This document shows positions 15,392 to 24,995 of a stretch of 38,469 nt of DNA, piece by piece (the first letter of the stretch is position 1; every line of letters begins with the position of its first letter). The DNA comes from a virus. Lineage: Duplodnaviria; Caudoviricetes. Location of the stretch: positions 1 to 38,469 of the IMG/VR virus record IMGVR_UViG_3300024046_000015. One strand, written 5' to 3'. The translations under genes were made by a program, and so were the position numbers. Under the pieces are notes generated by a model, which saw nothing but the letters and a program-made list of their open reading frames with translations, searched no databases and was not told the origin of the DNA.

Positions 15392-17113
15392 ATGGAATGG
15401 TCGACGGCGTGCCCGGACTGGGAGCAGCGGATCGTGGCGCGGCAATCGCTGGTGCCGTGCGATCCGCTGTTTCCCGACCAGGCCGAGGCTGCGCTGAGCG
15501 TCTTCAAATCGCTGCGCATCGTCGATGTGCCGGGGATGCCGACCTTCGGCCAGGCGTGCGAGCCGTGGGTGTTCGATTTCGTTTCGGCGATCTTCGGGGC
15601 CTATGATGCCGATGCCGGCAAGCAGCTCATCCGCGAATTCTTCCTGCTCATCAGCAAGAAGAACGCGAAGTCGACCATTGCGGCCGGGATCATGCTGACG
15701 GCGCTGATCCGGAACTGGCGGCTCTCGGCCGAAATGATCATCCTGGCGCCGACCATCGAGGCGGCGCACAACGCTTTCGGGCCGGCCGCCGACATGGTGC
15801 GGGCCGATCCGGAGCTGATGGCCTCGGAAGATAGTGGTTTCCTGCACATCATCCCGAACCAGCGGCTGATCAAGCACCTGAAGACCGGCGCGACGCTGAA
15901 GGTGCTGGCGGCGGACGGCAAGACGGTGGTGGGCAAGAAGGCCAGCTGCGTGCTGGTCGATGAGTTGTGGGAATTCGGCTCGATGCACAATGCCGATGCC
16001 ATGCTGCGCGAGGCGACGGGCGGCCTGGTGTCGCGGCCGGAGGGTTTCGTGATTTCGATCACGACGCAGAGCACCGAGACACCGGCCGGCGTGTTTGCCA
16101 GCAAGTTGCATTATGCGCGCAAAGTGCGGGACGGCCTGGTGACCGACCCGAAATTCATGCCGATCCTCTATGAGTTTCCGGCCGAGATGGTGAAGCGGCA
16201 GGATTATCTCAAGCCGGAGAATTTCTACGTCACCAATCCCAATATCGACCGTTCGGTCGATCGGGAATGGCTCGAAGACCAGTTGCGGCTGGAAATGGAA
16301 AAGGGTGTCGAAACCCGCAACACGTTTCTGGCCAAGCACCTCAATGTCGAAATCTCGGCGGCGCTGAGCAGCGATTACTGGGCTGGGGCGCCATATTGGG
16401 CCGGCGCGGCGGCGGAAGGGTTGACGCTGGACGAGATCATTGCGCGTTCGGACGTGGCGGTGATGGGGGTTGACGGGGGCGGGCTCGACGATCTGTTCGG
16501 CCTGGGTGTGATCGGCCGGGACCGGAAGACGCGCGAATGGCTGTTCTGGGGCAAGGCCTGGGCGCAAACCGATGTGCTCGAGCGGCGCAAGGAGATCGCG
16601 CCGCGCCTGCTCGGTTTCGAGCAGGACGGCGAGGTGACGATCTGCCGGCGACCGACGCAGGACATCGCCGAAATCGTCGCCCTGGCGGTGCGGCTCAAAG
16701 AGGCGGGGCTGCTGCCCGATGATGGCGCCATCGGGCTCGACCCGGTGGGCATCACGGCACTGATCGACGCGCTTGTTGCGGCCGGCATTGACGAAAAGCA
16801 GATGGAGGCCGTGCAGCAGGGTTATCGGCTCAATGGCGCTATCCTGGGGGTCGAGCGGAAGCTGAAGGATGGCACATTCTGGCATTGCGGCCAGGGGCTC
16901 ATGGCCTGGGTTGTCGGCAATGCGAAGATCGAGGTGCGGGGCAATGCGGTGCTGATCACCAAACAGGCCTCGGGCAAGGCCAAGATCGACCCGCTGATCG
17001 CCCTGCTCAACGCCGCGCAGTTGATGAGCCGCAATCCTCAGGCCATGGCCGTGCCGACATCGCCCTGGGATGATCCTGAATTCTCGATCAGCAGAATGGT
17101 GGGTGCAGCATGA
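15392..17113 (+). CDS. terL: Terminase large subunit
   Basis: Walker A ISKKNAKST, Walker B VLVDELW, ITTQ, nuclease GVDGGGLDD and KIDPLIAL. Confidence 0.95.
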   Translation: MEWSTACPDWEQRIVARQSLVPCDPLFPDQAEAALSVFKSLRIVDVPGMPTFGQACEPWVFDFVSAIFGAYDADAGKQLIREFFLLISKKNAKSTIAAGIMLTALIRNWRLSAEMIILAPTIEAAHNAFGPAADMVRADPELMASEDSGFLHIIPNQRLIKHLKTGATLKVLAADGKTVVGKKASCVLVDELWEFGSMHNADAMLREATGGLVSRPEGFVISITTQSTETPAGVFASKLHYARKVRDGLVTDPKFMPILYEFPAEMVKRQDYLKPENFYVTNPNIDRSVDREWLEDQLRLEMEKGVETRNTFLAKHLNVEISAALSSDYWAGAPYWAGAAAEGLTLDEIIARSDVAVMGVDGGGLDDLFGLGVIGRDRKTREWLFWGKAWAQTDVLERRKEIAPRLLGFEQDGEVTICRRPTQDIAEIVALAVRLKEAGLLPDDGAIGLDPVGITALIDALVAAGIDEKQMEAVQQGYRLNGAILGVERKLKDGTFWHCGQGLMAWVVGNAKIEVRGNAVLITKQASGKAKIDPLIALLNAAQLMSRNPQAMAVPTSPWDDPEFSISRMVGAA

Positions 17114-18390
17114 AATTTGCGGTCGAGATTGGCCGATCCGCTCCGCCTGCCGGCGAGTTGCGGGCCGACAGCATCGAAAACCCGACGGTTCCAGTCAGCC
17201 AAACCAAGGAATTCATGGCGTTTTTCGGCATGGATGCGGTGACGCTGCCTTCGGTCTCCACGGCTTCGGCGCTTAAGGTGCCGGCGGTCAATGCGGCAGT
17301 GAATTTCCTCGCTCGGACACTCGCCGCCATCCCGCTGCATGCCTTCGTGAAAAAGGGCGGTAATGCCGAGCGGGAAAATGGCGATATCGAACGCGTGCTG
17401 CGCTATCCGACGCCGGAAATGGACGGCTTCAAGGCCCGCCAGTATTTCTGGCAGCAGGTGTTTACCGGCGGGCGCGGCCTCGCATGGATCGAGCGCGACG
17501 GCAGAAATCCGGTCAATATCTGGCCGCTCAACCCGCGCAAGACGAATGTGCGGCGGCGCGGGCTCAAGACCGTTTATATGCATGACAGCATCGAATATGC
17601 CGCCGAGGATGTCATCGACCTGGCCTATATGCTGCGGGACGATCAACTGGGGCATTACGGGCCGATCAATCTGGCCGGCAAGGCCATCCAGCTGGCGCTG
17701 GCGATGAACGATTATGCCAGCAACTTCTTTGCCGGCGGCGGGGTGCCGCCATTGTCGCTTTCCGGCCCGATGGCGGGTAATAATGAAGCGCTCAAGCGGA
17801 CCGTTGCCGATGTGGAGCGGGCCATCAAGTTTGCCCAGGTCAATAACAGCTCGATGCTGCCGATCCCGGCCGGATATGAGCTGAAACCGGTCGGGTTCGA
17901 CCCGGCAAAGGGGCAGATGGTTGAGGCGCGGCTGTTCCAGGTGCAGGAAATCGCGCGGGCGTTTCAGTTGCCGCCGATGTTTCTCCAGGACCTGACCAAG
18001 GGCAATTTCGCCAACACCGAGCAACAGGACCTGCATCTGGTCAAGCACCTGATCGCCCAGTGGGCCAAGGCCTTCGAGGCGCAGGCCTCGCTCAAGATTT
18101 ACGGCCGGGATGGCAGCGGCAAGGGCTATGTTGAGCATAATCTCGACGGGCTGATGCGGGGCGACTTCAAGAGCCGGATCGACGCCCTGGCGCGTGGCAT
18201 CCAGACCGCCCAGCTCACGCCGAACGAGGCGCGCGCCCTCGAAAACCGGCCTGCCCATACCAACCCCGATGCGGCCGAATTGCTGGTGCAGGGGGCCACG
18301 GTGCCGCTTGGCAAACAGCCCGTGCTGGCGAAGGCGGACGAGAACGAAGCGAAGGAAAGCGACGATGGCAAAGACCCAGGACAAGCCTGA
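17110..18390 (+). CDS. HK97-family portal protein
   Basis: VPAVNAAVNFLA, NFFAGGGVP, EIARAFQLPP, LTPNEARALENRP motifs; follows terL. Confidence 0.95.
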   Translation: MKFAVEIGRSAPPAGELRADSIENPTVPVSQTKEFMAFFGMDAVTLPSVSTASALKVPAVNAAVNFLARTLAAIPLHAFVKKGGNAERENGDIERVLRYPTPEMDGFKARQYFWQQVFTGGRGLAWIERDGRNPVNIWPLNPRKTNVRRRGLKTVYMHDSIEYAAEDVIDLAYMLRDDQLGHYGPINLAGKAIQLALAMNDYASNFFAGGGVPPLSLSGPMAGNNEALKRTVADVERAIKFAQVNNSSMLPIPAGYELKPVGFDPAKGQMVEARLFQVQEIARAFQLPPMFLQDLTKGNFANTEQQDLHLVKHLIAQWAKAFEAQASLKIYGRDGSGKGYVEHNLDGLMRGDFKSRIDALARGIQTAQLTPNEARALENRPAHTNPDAAELLVQGATVPLGKQPVLAKADENEAKESDDGKDPGQA

Positions 18391-18973
18391 CGGGTGCGAG
18401 CTGCGCTCGCTCTCGGCCAAGGTCGAGCGGCGCGCCGATGGCGACGGCAAGGTGACCGTGACCGGTTATGCCGCCGTATTCGGCGAATGGGCGCAAATCT
18501 GGGAGTGGTTCGAGGAAACCATTGCGCGCGGCGCTTTCACCAATGCGCTGCGCACGGCCGATGTGCGGGCCTATTTCGACCATGATCGGGGACGCGTGCT
18601 GGGCCGGAGCTCGGCCGGCACTCTGCGCCTCGAAGAGGACGCCAAGGGGCTCAAGGTCGAAATCGATCTGCCCGACACTACGGATGGCCGGGACGTGGCA
18701 ACGCTGATCGAGCGCGGCGACGTGACCGGCATGTCGTTCGGCTTTCTGGTGCTGCGGCAGGAATGGGACGAGACGGTCACCCCGGCGCGCCGCACCATCC
18801 TCGAGGTAGAATTGCGCGAGGTGTCGATCGTTTCCGAGCCTGCCTATGAGGGCACCAGCATCGCCATGCGCTCGCTGGAAGCGGCCCGCCGCGAACGGCG
18901 TGGGCACCCGGCGCATCAGCGGATCGAAGCCCGCCGCGCGGCAATGGAGCAGCGCATCCGGCGCATCGCATAG
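18365..18973 (+). CDS. HK97-family prohead protease
   Basis: GYAAVF, FDHD, GMSFGF, EVSIVSEPAY; start MAKTQ overlaps the portal end by 26 nt. Confidence 0.95.
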   Translation: MAKTQDKPDGCELRSLSAKVERRADGDGKVTVTGYAAVFGEWAQIWEWFEETIARGAFTNALRTADVRAYFDHDRGRVLGRSSAGTLRLEEDAKGLKVEIDLPDTTDGRDVATLIERGDVTGMSFGFLVLRQEWDETVTPARRTILEVELREVSIVSEPAYEGTSIAMRSLEAARRERRGHPAHQRIEARRAAMEQRIRRIA

Positions 18974-19030
18974 TTTCCCCGGCGGCATTGCCGGAGGTGG
19001 CAGGCAAGCACCCGCTTCCCGCCCTAACAG

Positions 19031-19050
19031 CCCGCTTCGGCGGGTTTTTT
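19031..19050 (+). terminator. Intrinsic terminator-like hairpin upstream of the capsid gene
   Basis: CCCGC-TTCG-GCGGG followed by T6. Confidence 0.75.
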
Positions 19051-19076
19051 CATGGTCAGTGCATGGAGATATCTCA

Positions 19077-20342
19077 ATGACCAAGCTTAAGGAACTGCAG
19101 GAGAAGCGGGAAAAGCTCGTCCACGACGCCCGCGAAGCTCTCGACGAGATCACCAAAAACACCGACGAAAGCCGGTCCAAGGAGCTGGAAGAGCGTCATG
19201 ACAAGATCATGAACGAATTCGACCAGATCGACGCAAACATTGCGCGCGAAGAGCGCGTCGCCAAGATGGAACGCGAGGCCGAAGAGCGTCGTGCCCGCAA
19301 CCGACCCAATCCGGGCGACGGCGAAGCGCGGGGTGGCGATGACCCCGAAAAGCCGATCGAATATCGGCAGGCCTTCCACCGTTATGTGCAGGTGGCCGGC
19401 GACCTGTCGGCGCTGTCCGAAGAGGAACGTGCCGCGTTGCGGGCGGGTGTTGCCCCGAAGGAGGCCCGCGCCCAGACCGTCGGCACGCCGGCCGGCGGCG
19501 GCTATACCGTCCCGACCGAGCTTTCCGACCAGCTCATCAAGTCGATGAAGGCCTGGGGGCCGATGTATGACGAGGATATCTGCACGGTCATGACCACGAC
19601 CGGCGGCAATCCCATCGATATTCCGACGATCGATGACACCGCGGTGACGGCGGGCAAGCACACCGAAGCCGGCGCCGTAACCGACGACGGCGGCAAGGAT
19701 GCCACCTTCGGGAAAAAGACCCTCAACGCCTATTCCTACGACACGGAATGGGTGCGGTTCTCCTGGGAACTGGCGCAAGACTCGATCTTCAACTTCGAGA
19801 CCCTGCTGGGAGGGTTGCTGGGTGAGCGGCTGGGGCGCCTTGCCAATAGCGAGCTGACCATTGGCGACGGCACGGACGATCCGAACGGCATTGTTACAGC
19901 ATCGAGCCTGGGCAAGACCACGGCCGCCGCTGGCGCGGTGACCTATGACGAGATCATCGACCTCGTGCATTCGGTCGATCCGGCCTATCGCCAGTCGCCC
20001 AAGGTCCGGTTCATGTACAACGACCTGACCCTGAGCGTGCTGCGCAAGCTCAAGGATGGCGAGGGCCGCTATATCTGGACCCAGGGCGATGTGACTACTG
20101 GCGTGCCCAGCACGATCCTGGGTTATCGCTTCTCGATCAACCAGGCGATGGATAATGTTTCCACCGGCAAGAAGTCCATGCTGTTCGGCGATTTCGGCAA
20201 GTACTTCGTGCGCAAGGTCGGCTCGCCGGTCCTGTTTGTGGCGCGCGAGCGCTTTGCGCCCGATATCGGTCTGCTCGGCCTGATTCGGCTCGATGGCGAG
20301 CTGGGCGATACGGCCGCCGTCAAGCACCTGCTGCAGGCCTAA
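19077..20342 (+). CDS. Major capsid protein (HK97 fold, N-terminal delta domain)
   Basis: 421 aa; coiled-coil N-terminus, GGYTVP, LRKLKDGEGRYIW, FGDF; GGAG RBS. Confidence 0.96.
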   Translation: MTKLKELQEKREKLVHDAREALDEITKNTDESRSKELEERHDKIMNEFDQIDANIAREERVAKMEREAEERRARNRPNPGDGEARGGDDPEKPIEYRQAFHRYVQVAGDLSALSEEERAALRAGVAPKEARAQTVGTPAGGGYTVPTELSDQLIKSMKAWGPMYDEDICTVMTTTGGNPIDIPTIDDTAVTAGKHTEAGAVTDDGGKDATFGKKTLNAYSYDTEWVRFSWELAQDSIFNFETLLGGLLGERLGRLANSELTIGDGTDDPNGIVTASSLGKTTAAAGAVTYDEIIDLVHSVDPAYRQSPKVRFMYNDLTLSVLRKLKDGEGRYIWTQGDVTTGVPSTILGYRFSINQAMDNVSTGKKSMLFGDFGKYFVRKVGSPVLFVARERFAPDIGLLGLIRLDGELGDTAAVKHLLQA

Positions 20343-20363
20343 TCCGCCAGAGCCGGACGTGAC

Positions 20364-20389
20364 AGGGGCGGGGCACAGGCTCCGCCCTT
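20364..20389 (+). terminator. Hairpin after the capsid gene (terminator or mRNA stabiliser)
   Basis: AGGGGCGGGGC-ACAG-GCTCCGCCCTT with a weak U-tract. Confidence 0.5.
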
Positions 20390-20417
20390 CCCATTTGCGC
20401 CAGATCAGGAGATCGGC

Positions 20418-20705
20418 ATGTTTACGACCAAAATCTACAAGGTGCCGGGCGGCGATGAGCTTGTCGTCGATGCCGGCGGCAAGATCACCATCAAGGCCGG
20501 CGGCACCATCGAAAATGACGGCGATTTCTTTACCTCGGTGACTTTCGACGCGGGTTATTTCACCGTCGATGGGGGCGAAGTGACGCTCAAGGCGGAAACT
20601 GCCGCGCTGCTCACGCTGGTTTCCAACATTCCGACAACCGACCCGGCGGTGTCCGGACAGGTCTGGAGTGACGGCGGCGTGCTCAAAGTTTCGGCGGGCG
20701 CGTGA
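20418..20705 (+). CDS. Putative head decoration or head-fibre protein (95 aa)
   Basis: Follows the capsid gene; beta-rich; C-terminal IPTTDPAVSGQVWSDGGVLKVS; AGGAG RBS. Confidence 0.6.
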   Translation: MFTTKIYKVPGGDELVVDAGGKITIKAGGTIENDGDFFTSVTFDAGYFTVDGGEVTLKAETAALLTLVSNIPTTDPAVSGQVWSDGGVLKVSAGA

Positions 20706-20917
20706 TGAAGGTCCGGCTGCTGACCGGGCTATCCGGTCCCGATTTTTCGCTGGTGCGCGGCGATGAGCGGGATTTCCCGCAGGCTGAGGCTGAGCGCCTG
20801 GTTTCGGCTGGCTACGCAGTGCCCGCCGAGATGGATCGGCAAGAAGCCACCCGGCCGGCCGCGCCTGAAAAGACTGTGGCCAAAGACAAGAAGACCCCGG
20901 TGGAGCGGCGCGGCTGA
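20705..20917 (+). CDS. Small head-associated hypothetical protein (70 aa)
   Basis: MKVRLL...EAERLVSAGYA pattern common after HK97-type capsid genes; TGATG overlaps. Confidence 0.75.
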   Translation: MKVRLLTGLSGPDFSLVRGDERDFPQAEAERLVSAGYAVPAEMDRQEATRPAAPEKTVAKDKKTPVERRG

Positions 20918-21540
20918 TGTGGTATCCGGCGACGATCACGGTGGCGGCCAGCGCCGAGCCGGTATCGGTGGAGGCAGCGCGGTGGCAGTGCGGCATTGCC
21001 GATGGCGATACGGCAACGGACGCGCAACTGACGCTGCTGATCGCCGCCGCGCGCCGCGAAATCGAGACCTATTGCGGCATTCGCCTGCCGGTGCAGACCG
21101 TGCGGGTGCCTTGCGATGGCTTTGATGACCTTGCCCGGCTCCCCGAAGCGCCGGTCAAGTCGGTGGTCGGTATCCATTATGTCGATAGTGCCGGCGCCAG
21201 CCAACAGCTCGACAGTGCCACTTATGAGGAGCGGCTTGACGGGTTGTGGCCGTCGATTGTGCTGGCGTCGGGGTGCATGTGGCCGGCGATCCGCCCCGGA
21301 TCGCGGCTGATCGTCGAAATGGTGGTGGGCTATGACAGCCTGCCGGAGGATCTTGAGGTCGTGCTGCTGATGAAGGTGTCGGCGCACTACACTTTTGCCG
21401 GCAAAGACCTGACCGTGCGGCGCGATGAGGTCGAGGGGGTCGGCTCGACGCAGTATGGCGGGATCATCGAGGTCAACCAGGCCGTCAACAATGCTGTCCA
21501 GAAGGTGCTGGAAAGCTATCGCTGCTGGCCGCTCGCATGA
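20917..21540 (+). CDS. Head-tail connector (adaptor) protein
   Basis: AEPVSVEAAR...LIAAARREIETYCG...LPEAPVKSV; position. Confidence 0.85.
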   Translation: MWYPATITVAASAEPVSVEAARWQCGIADGDTATDAQLTLLIAAARREIETYCGIRLPVQTVRVPCDGFDDLARLPEAPVKSVVGIHYVDSAGASQQLDSATYEERLDGLWPSIVLASGCMWPAIRPGSRLIVEMVVGYDSLPEDLEVVLLMKVSAHYTFAGKDLTVRRDEVEGVGSTQYGGIIEVNQAVNNAVQKVLESYRCWPLA

Positions 21541-21851
21541 CCCCCGCCCAGGCTATCGCCAAGCTCGACCGGCAGATTGCGGCGCATGGGCAGGCCATCG
21601 GCTTTGCCCGTGGGGCGGTGACGAAATCGGCGCGCGGCTTTGTGCGCGGGTATCGGCCCGAGCAGCTGGTGGGGCTCATTACCCAGCAGGAGCGGGAGGT
21701 GATCGTGTCGCCGTCGAGCCTGGGCGATTTTGCGCCGCGGGCGCAGGATGATTTCCAGACCATGGGGCGGTTCGGCAGGGTGATGGCGGCCGAGCCGATC
21801 CATATGGATGGCGTGCTGGTGCGCTGGAACCTGACGGTGAGGCTCACCTGA
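21537..21851 (+). CDS. Putative head-closure protein (104 aa)
   Basis: Size, position after the adaptor, coupled overlaps. Confidence 0.6.
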   Translation: MTPAQAIAKLDRQIAAHGQAIGFARGAVTKSARGFVRGYRPEQLVGLITQQEREVIVSPSSLGDFAPRAQDDFQTMGRFGRVMAAEPIHMDGVLVRWNLTVRLT

Positions 21852-22480
21852 TGGCTGGCAGCAATACCAGGCTGTTCGTGGCGACGGCGCGCGAAACGGT
21901 CGAGGAAACGCAGCGGGAGCTGGTGGCGCTGGCCAAGCGCGCGCATGCCGCCGTGATGAGCGCCGCGCCTCGACCCAGCCGGTTCGTGCGCACGGTCGAC
22001 GGGGTGCGCGGCGCGCGGGAAGAGCAGGTGCGGCCTGACGGCACCATCGTCTATGTCTATCCGCGCCTCGAAGAGGTGGTGCAGGCGGCAATGGAGGTGC
22101 TGTTCGACCTCTCGCCAGTGCTGTCAGGCGCCTATCGCATGGGCCATACGCTGTTTGTCGATGGCGTCGCGGCGCGTGATCTGAGCGGGTGGAGCGGGGA
22201 AGGGCGGATCATGATCGCCAATTTCGTGCCCTATGCCCGCAAGATCGAACTGGGCAAGATGGTCATGCGGGTGCCCGGCTCGGATCATGTCTATGAGCAG
22301 GCCGAATATGTGCTGAAACAGCGCTACGGCAATCAGGCGATGATCACCTTTACGTATGAGGGGATCGCCAATGGTGCGGTCGCCCAGGGGCATACGGCCG
22401 GGCGCAAGCGGCGCTCGCCGGGCCTGCTCAAGAACCAGTCGAACCTGCGCTATCCGGCGCTGATGATCCGGAGCCGATAA
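21851..22480 (+). CDS. Neck / tail-completion protein (HK97 gp10-like)
   Basis: SPVLSGAYR and NFVPYARKIELG motifs; position. Confidence 0.7.
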   Translation: MAGSNTRLFVATARETVEETQRELVALAKRAHAAVMSAAPRPSRFVRTVDGVRGAREEQVRPDGTIVYVYPRLEEVVQAAMEVLFDLSPVLSGAYRMGHTLFVDGVAARDLSGWSGEGRIMIANFVPYARKIELGKMVMRVPGSDHVYEQAEYVLKQRYGNQAMITFTYEGIANGAVAQGHTAGRKRRSPGLLKNQSNLRYPALMIRSR

Positions 22481-22950
22481 TGGGCAGCTACAGCGCAGCA
22501 AAGGCGGCGGTGCGGGCGCATCTGGCCGCCAACTGGTCCACGACGCGGATCGCTTATCAGAATGAAGTGCCGGCCGATCCCTGGCCGCCTGTCGATGTGA
22601 ATGGCTGGCCGGTGCCATTTGTCTATTTCGAGATGCGGACGCTGCCGGGGCAGAGCATTCGCGGCGTCGGACTGCCCGGCGACCATCTGAGCCAGACCGA
22701 TGGCTTCATTTTCGTGCACGTCTTTACCCGAGCCGGAACGGGGGAAGCGACAGCCGTAAGTTATGCCGAGCGGATCGGCGAATTGTTCCGCGCCAAAAAG
22801 CTCTTCGAAGCGGATGGCTGCTGGCTGCGCAGCTGGGTGCCGCGTGTCGATGAGGGCGGCGAGGCCGGCGCCGAGATCGCCGGCGTCAATGCCGGCAACT
22901 GGTTTCACGTCACCCTGTCGGTGCCGTTTCAGTATTTTCATCGGGGCTGA
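22480..22950 (+). CDS. Tail terminator-like protein
   Basis: 156 aa directly before the tail tube gene; GFIFVHVF...GTG...AERIGELFR...WFHVTLSVPF. Confidence 0.75.
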   Translation: MGSYSAAKAAVRAHLAANWSTTRIAYQNEVPADPWPPVDVNGWPVPFVYFEMRTLPGQSIRGVGLPGDHLSQTDGFIFVHVFTRAGTGEATAVSYAERIGELFRAKKLFEADGCWLRSWVPRVDEGGEAGAEIAGVNAGNWFHVTLSVPFQYFHRG

Positions 22951-22983
22951 TGCCCTTCCAGACATCGTTGAAAGGATCACGCC

Positions 22984-24174
22984 ATGGGCGGCTATCAGTC
23001 GGGGCGAAACATTCGTGTGGCCTATAAGGAGCAGGCGGCGGCCGGAACGCTGCCGGGCGCCACGGATGCGAAGGTGTTTCGCATCAATTCGGGCGGGCTC
23101 AATCTCGCCAAGGAGCCGATCCAGAGCGGCGAGTTGCGCGCCGATGGCATGTCGACGCGCGGCCGGCACGGCACCCGCTCGGTGACCGGCAATTATATGG
23201 CCGACATGTCGGTGGGCACGTTCGACGATCTGATCGAAGCGGTGTTCCGGGGCACCTTCAGCCCGGCCCTGGAGCTGGACGAGGGGGATTTCACCTCGAT
23301 CACCACGACCCCGAACACCATCGTGCTCGCCAACGGCTCGCCGATCGCCCTTGGCCTCAGGGTCGGCGATATCATCCGGCTGGCCGATCATGCGACGGCG
23401 GCGAACAATAACCGCAATCTGCGGATCACCGACCTCGACGCGACCACGATCACGGTGGCGGAAACGCTGACCGTCGACGCGGTTGCCGACACCGCTGTGA
23501 CCATCACCCGGCCCAAAAAGCTGGTGCAGGGCACGGTGGCGCGGGCCTTCGCCTTCGAAGAGTACGAGGCCGATATCGACGGCACGGAGCTGTTCGAATT
23601 CTGCCGGGTGGGCTCGCTGCAGGTGCAGTTGCAGCCCAATGGCATGGCGACGCTCAATTTCGGCATTGTCGGGCGCGACATGCAGGTGCTGGACGGTGCG
23701 ACGGCGCCCTATTTCACCAATCCGAGCAAAACCACGACGATCGGGCTCACCGCCGTCGAGGCGAAAATCATGCTGGGCGGCGCGGACGTGATGGACGTGT
23801 CGGCCATCGATTTCACCGTCGATCTGCGGGCCTCGGGCGTGCCGGTGGTGGGGTCGAACCTGACGCCGGAAGTGTTCACCAACACCGCGCAGGTGAGCCT
23901 GTCGGTGACGGCGCTCAAGAAGGACGTGGAGCGCGCGCAACAGTATCTCGACGAGGATGAACTGAGCCTGCTCCTGCTGTTCGAGGAAAACGAGAGCGGC
24001 GCGGCCGATTTCATCGCCTTCTACATTCCGAACCTGACGCTGGCGAGCGCCAGTAAATCCGAGCTCGGCCAGGACAATGGCCGCACCCAGACCTTCACCT
24101 GCCTGGTCGGTGTCGATGAGCGCGGCGGCGCGCATGATCCCACCATGGTGAAATTTCAGACGAGCGCCGCCTAG
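22984..24174 (+). CDS. Tail tube (major tail) protein
   Basis: 396 aa, beta-rich; SGELRADG motif; AAGGA RBS; precedes chaperone and tape measure genes; no sheath gene seen. Confidence 0.85.
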   Translation: MGGYQSGRNIRVAYKEQAAAGTLPGATDAKVFRINSGGLNLAKEPIQSGELRADGMSTRGRHGTRSVTGNYMADMSVGTFDDLIEAVFRGTFSPALELDEGDFTSITTTPNTIVLANGSPIALGLRVGDIIRLADHATAANNNRNLRITDLDATTITVAETLTVDAVADTAVTITRPKKLVQGTVARAFAFEEYEADIDGTELFEFCRVGSLQVQLQPNGMATLNFGIVGRDMQVLDGATAPYFTNPSKTTTIGLTAVEAKIMLGGADVMDVSAIDFTVDLRASGVPVVGSNLTPEVFTNTAQVSLSVTALKKDVERAQQYLDEDELSLLLLFEENESGAADFIAFYIPNLTLASASKSELGQDNGRTQTFTCLVGVDERGGAHDPTMVKFQTSAA

Positions 24175-24183
24175 GAGGACTTG

Positions 24184-24636
24184 ATGAGCAAAGACGAGAC
24201 GATCCCGAGCCTCGATTTCGATGATTTCGAGGCGGCTGAAACCGGCACGATGGAGGTGCTGGACGCCCGCGCCAATCCGACAGGATGGACGTGGGAATTC
24301 GCGGGGCCGGGGCATCCGAAGACCGAAGCGCTCAACAATCGCAAGGCCCGCGAACGGCTGAACAAGGAGAAGGCGATCGAGCAGGCCCAAGTCAATGGCC
24401 GGAAGTGGAAGGCCGAGGAAGAAACCCCGGAAGAGCGCCGCGCCGGCAATATCGCCGATGTGGTCGCCCGGCTGGTCGGCTGGTCACCCATCGAGATCGG
24501 CGGCAAGCCGTTTGTGTTCTCGGCCGAGGCGGCCACGGAATTTCTCTCGCATCCGAAGCGGATCGGCGTGCTGTTGCAGGCCATGGAATTCCTGGCATCG
24601 GAAAAGGCTTTTACGCCGCGCTCGTCGAAGATCTGA
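24184..24636 (+). CDS. Tail assembly chaperone (gpG-like)
   Basis: 150 aa between tube and tape measure genes; GGAGG RBS. Confidence 0.8.
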   Translation: MSKDETIPSLDFDDFEAAETGTMEVLDARANPTGWTWEFAGPGHPKTEALNNRKARERLNKEKAIEQAQVNGRKWKAEEETPEERRAGNIADVVARLVGWSPIEIGGKPFVFSAEAATEFLSHPKRIGVLLQAMEFLASEKAFTPRSSKI

Positions 24637-24995
24637 TCCGCTTCGCCGAGCGCGAATTCGCTCTGTCCGCCCTCGACAAGGAGGGGCACAGCTATCGCGA
24701 GCATCTGCAGGGGCAGCTGGCTCGGGCGCGGACGCCCGAGCGGGCCGCCGAATTGCAGGCAGACCTGGCGTTGCCGCCCTTTCCGGAGACGCTGCGCTAT
24801 CTCTGGCAGGCCTTTCGGCGGATGCGCCGGCGGCATGGAGGCAACGGGTTGGGCCTCGGCCCGATCAGCTGGGGCGATATCGACGCCTATGATCGGTTGA
24901 GCGGCATGCGCCTGGCCGGGTGGGAAGTGGCCGTCATCGAGCGGCTGGACGATCTGTTTCTGGCCGAGCAGGCCAATAGAGGGAAATCGACATGA
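24600..24995 (+). CDS. Tail assembly chaperone frameshift extension (gpT-like)
   Basis: Open -1 frame (GKGFYAALVEDLIRFAE...YLWQAF...PISWGDI...WEVAVIERLD) with no good independent start; ends overlapping the tape measure ATG. Confidence 0.75.
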   Translation, partial: GKGFYAALVEDLIRFAEREFALSALDKEGHSYREHLQGQLARARTPERAAELQADLALPPFPETLRYLWQAFRRMRRRHGGNGLGLGPISWGDIDAYDRLSGMRLAGWEVAVIERLDDLFLAEQANRGKST

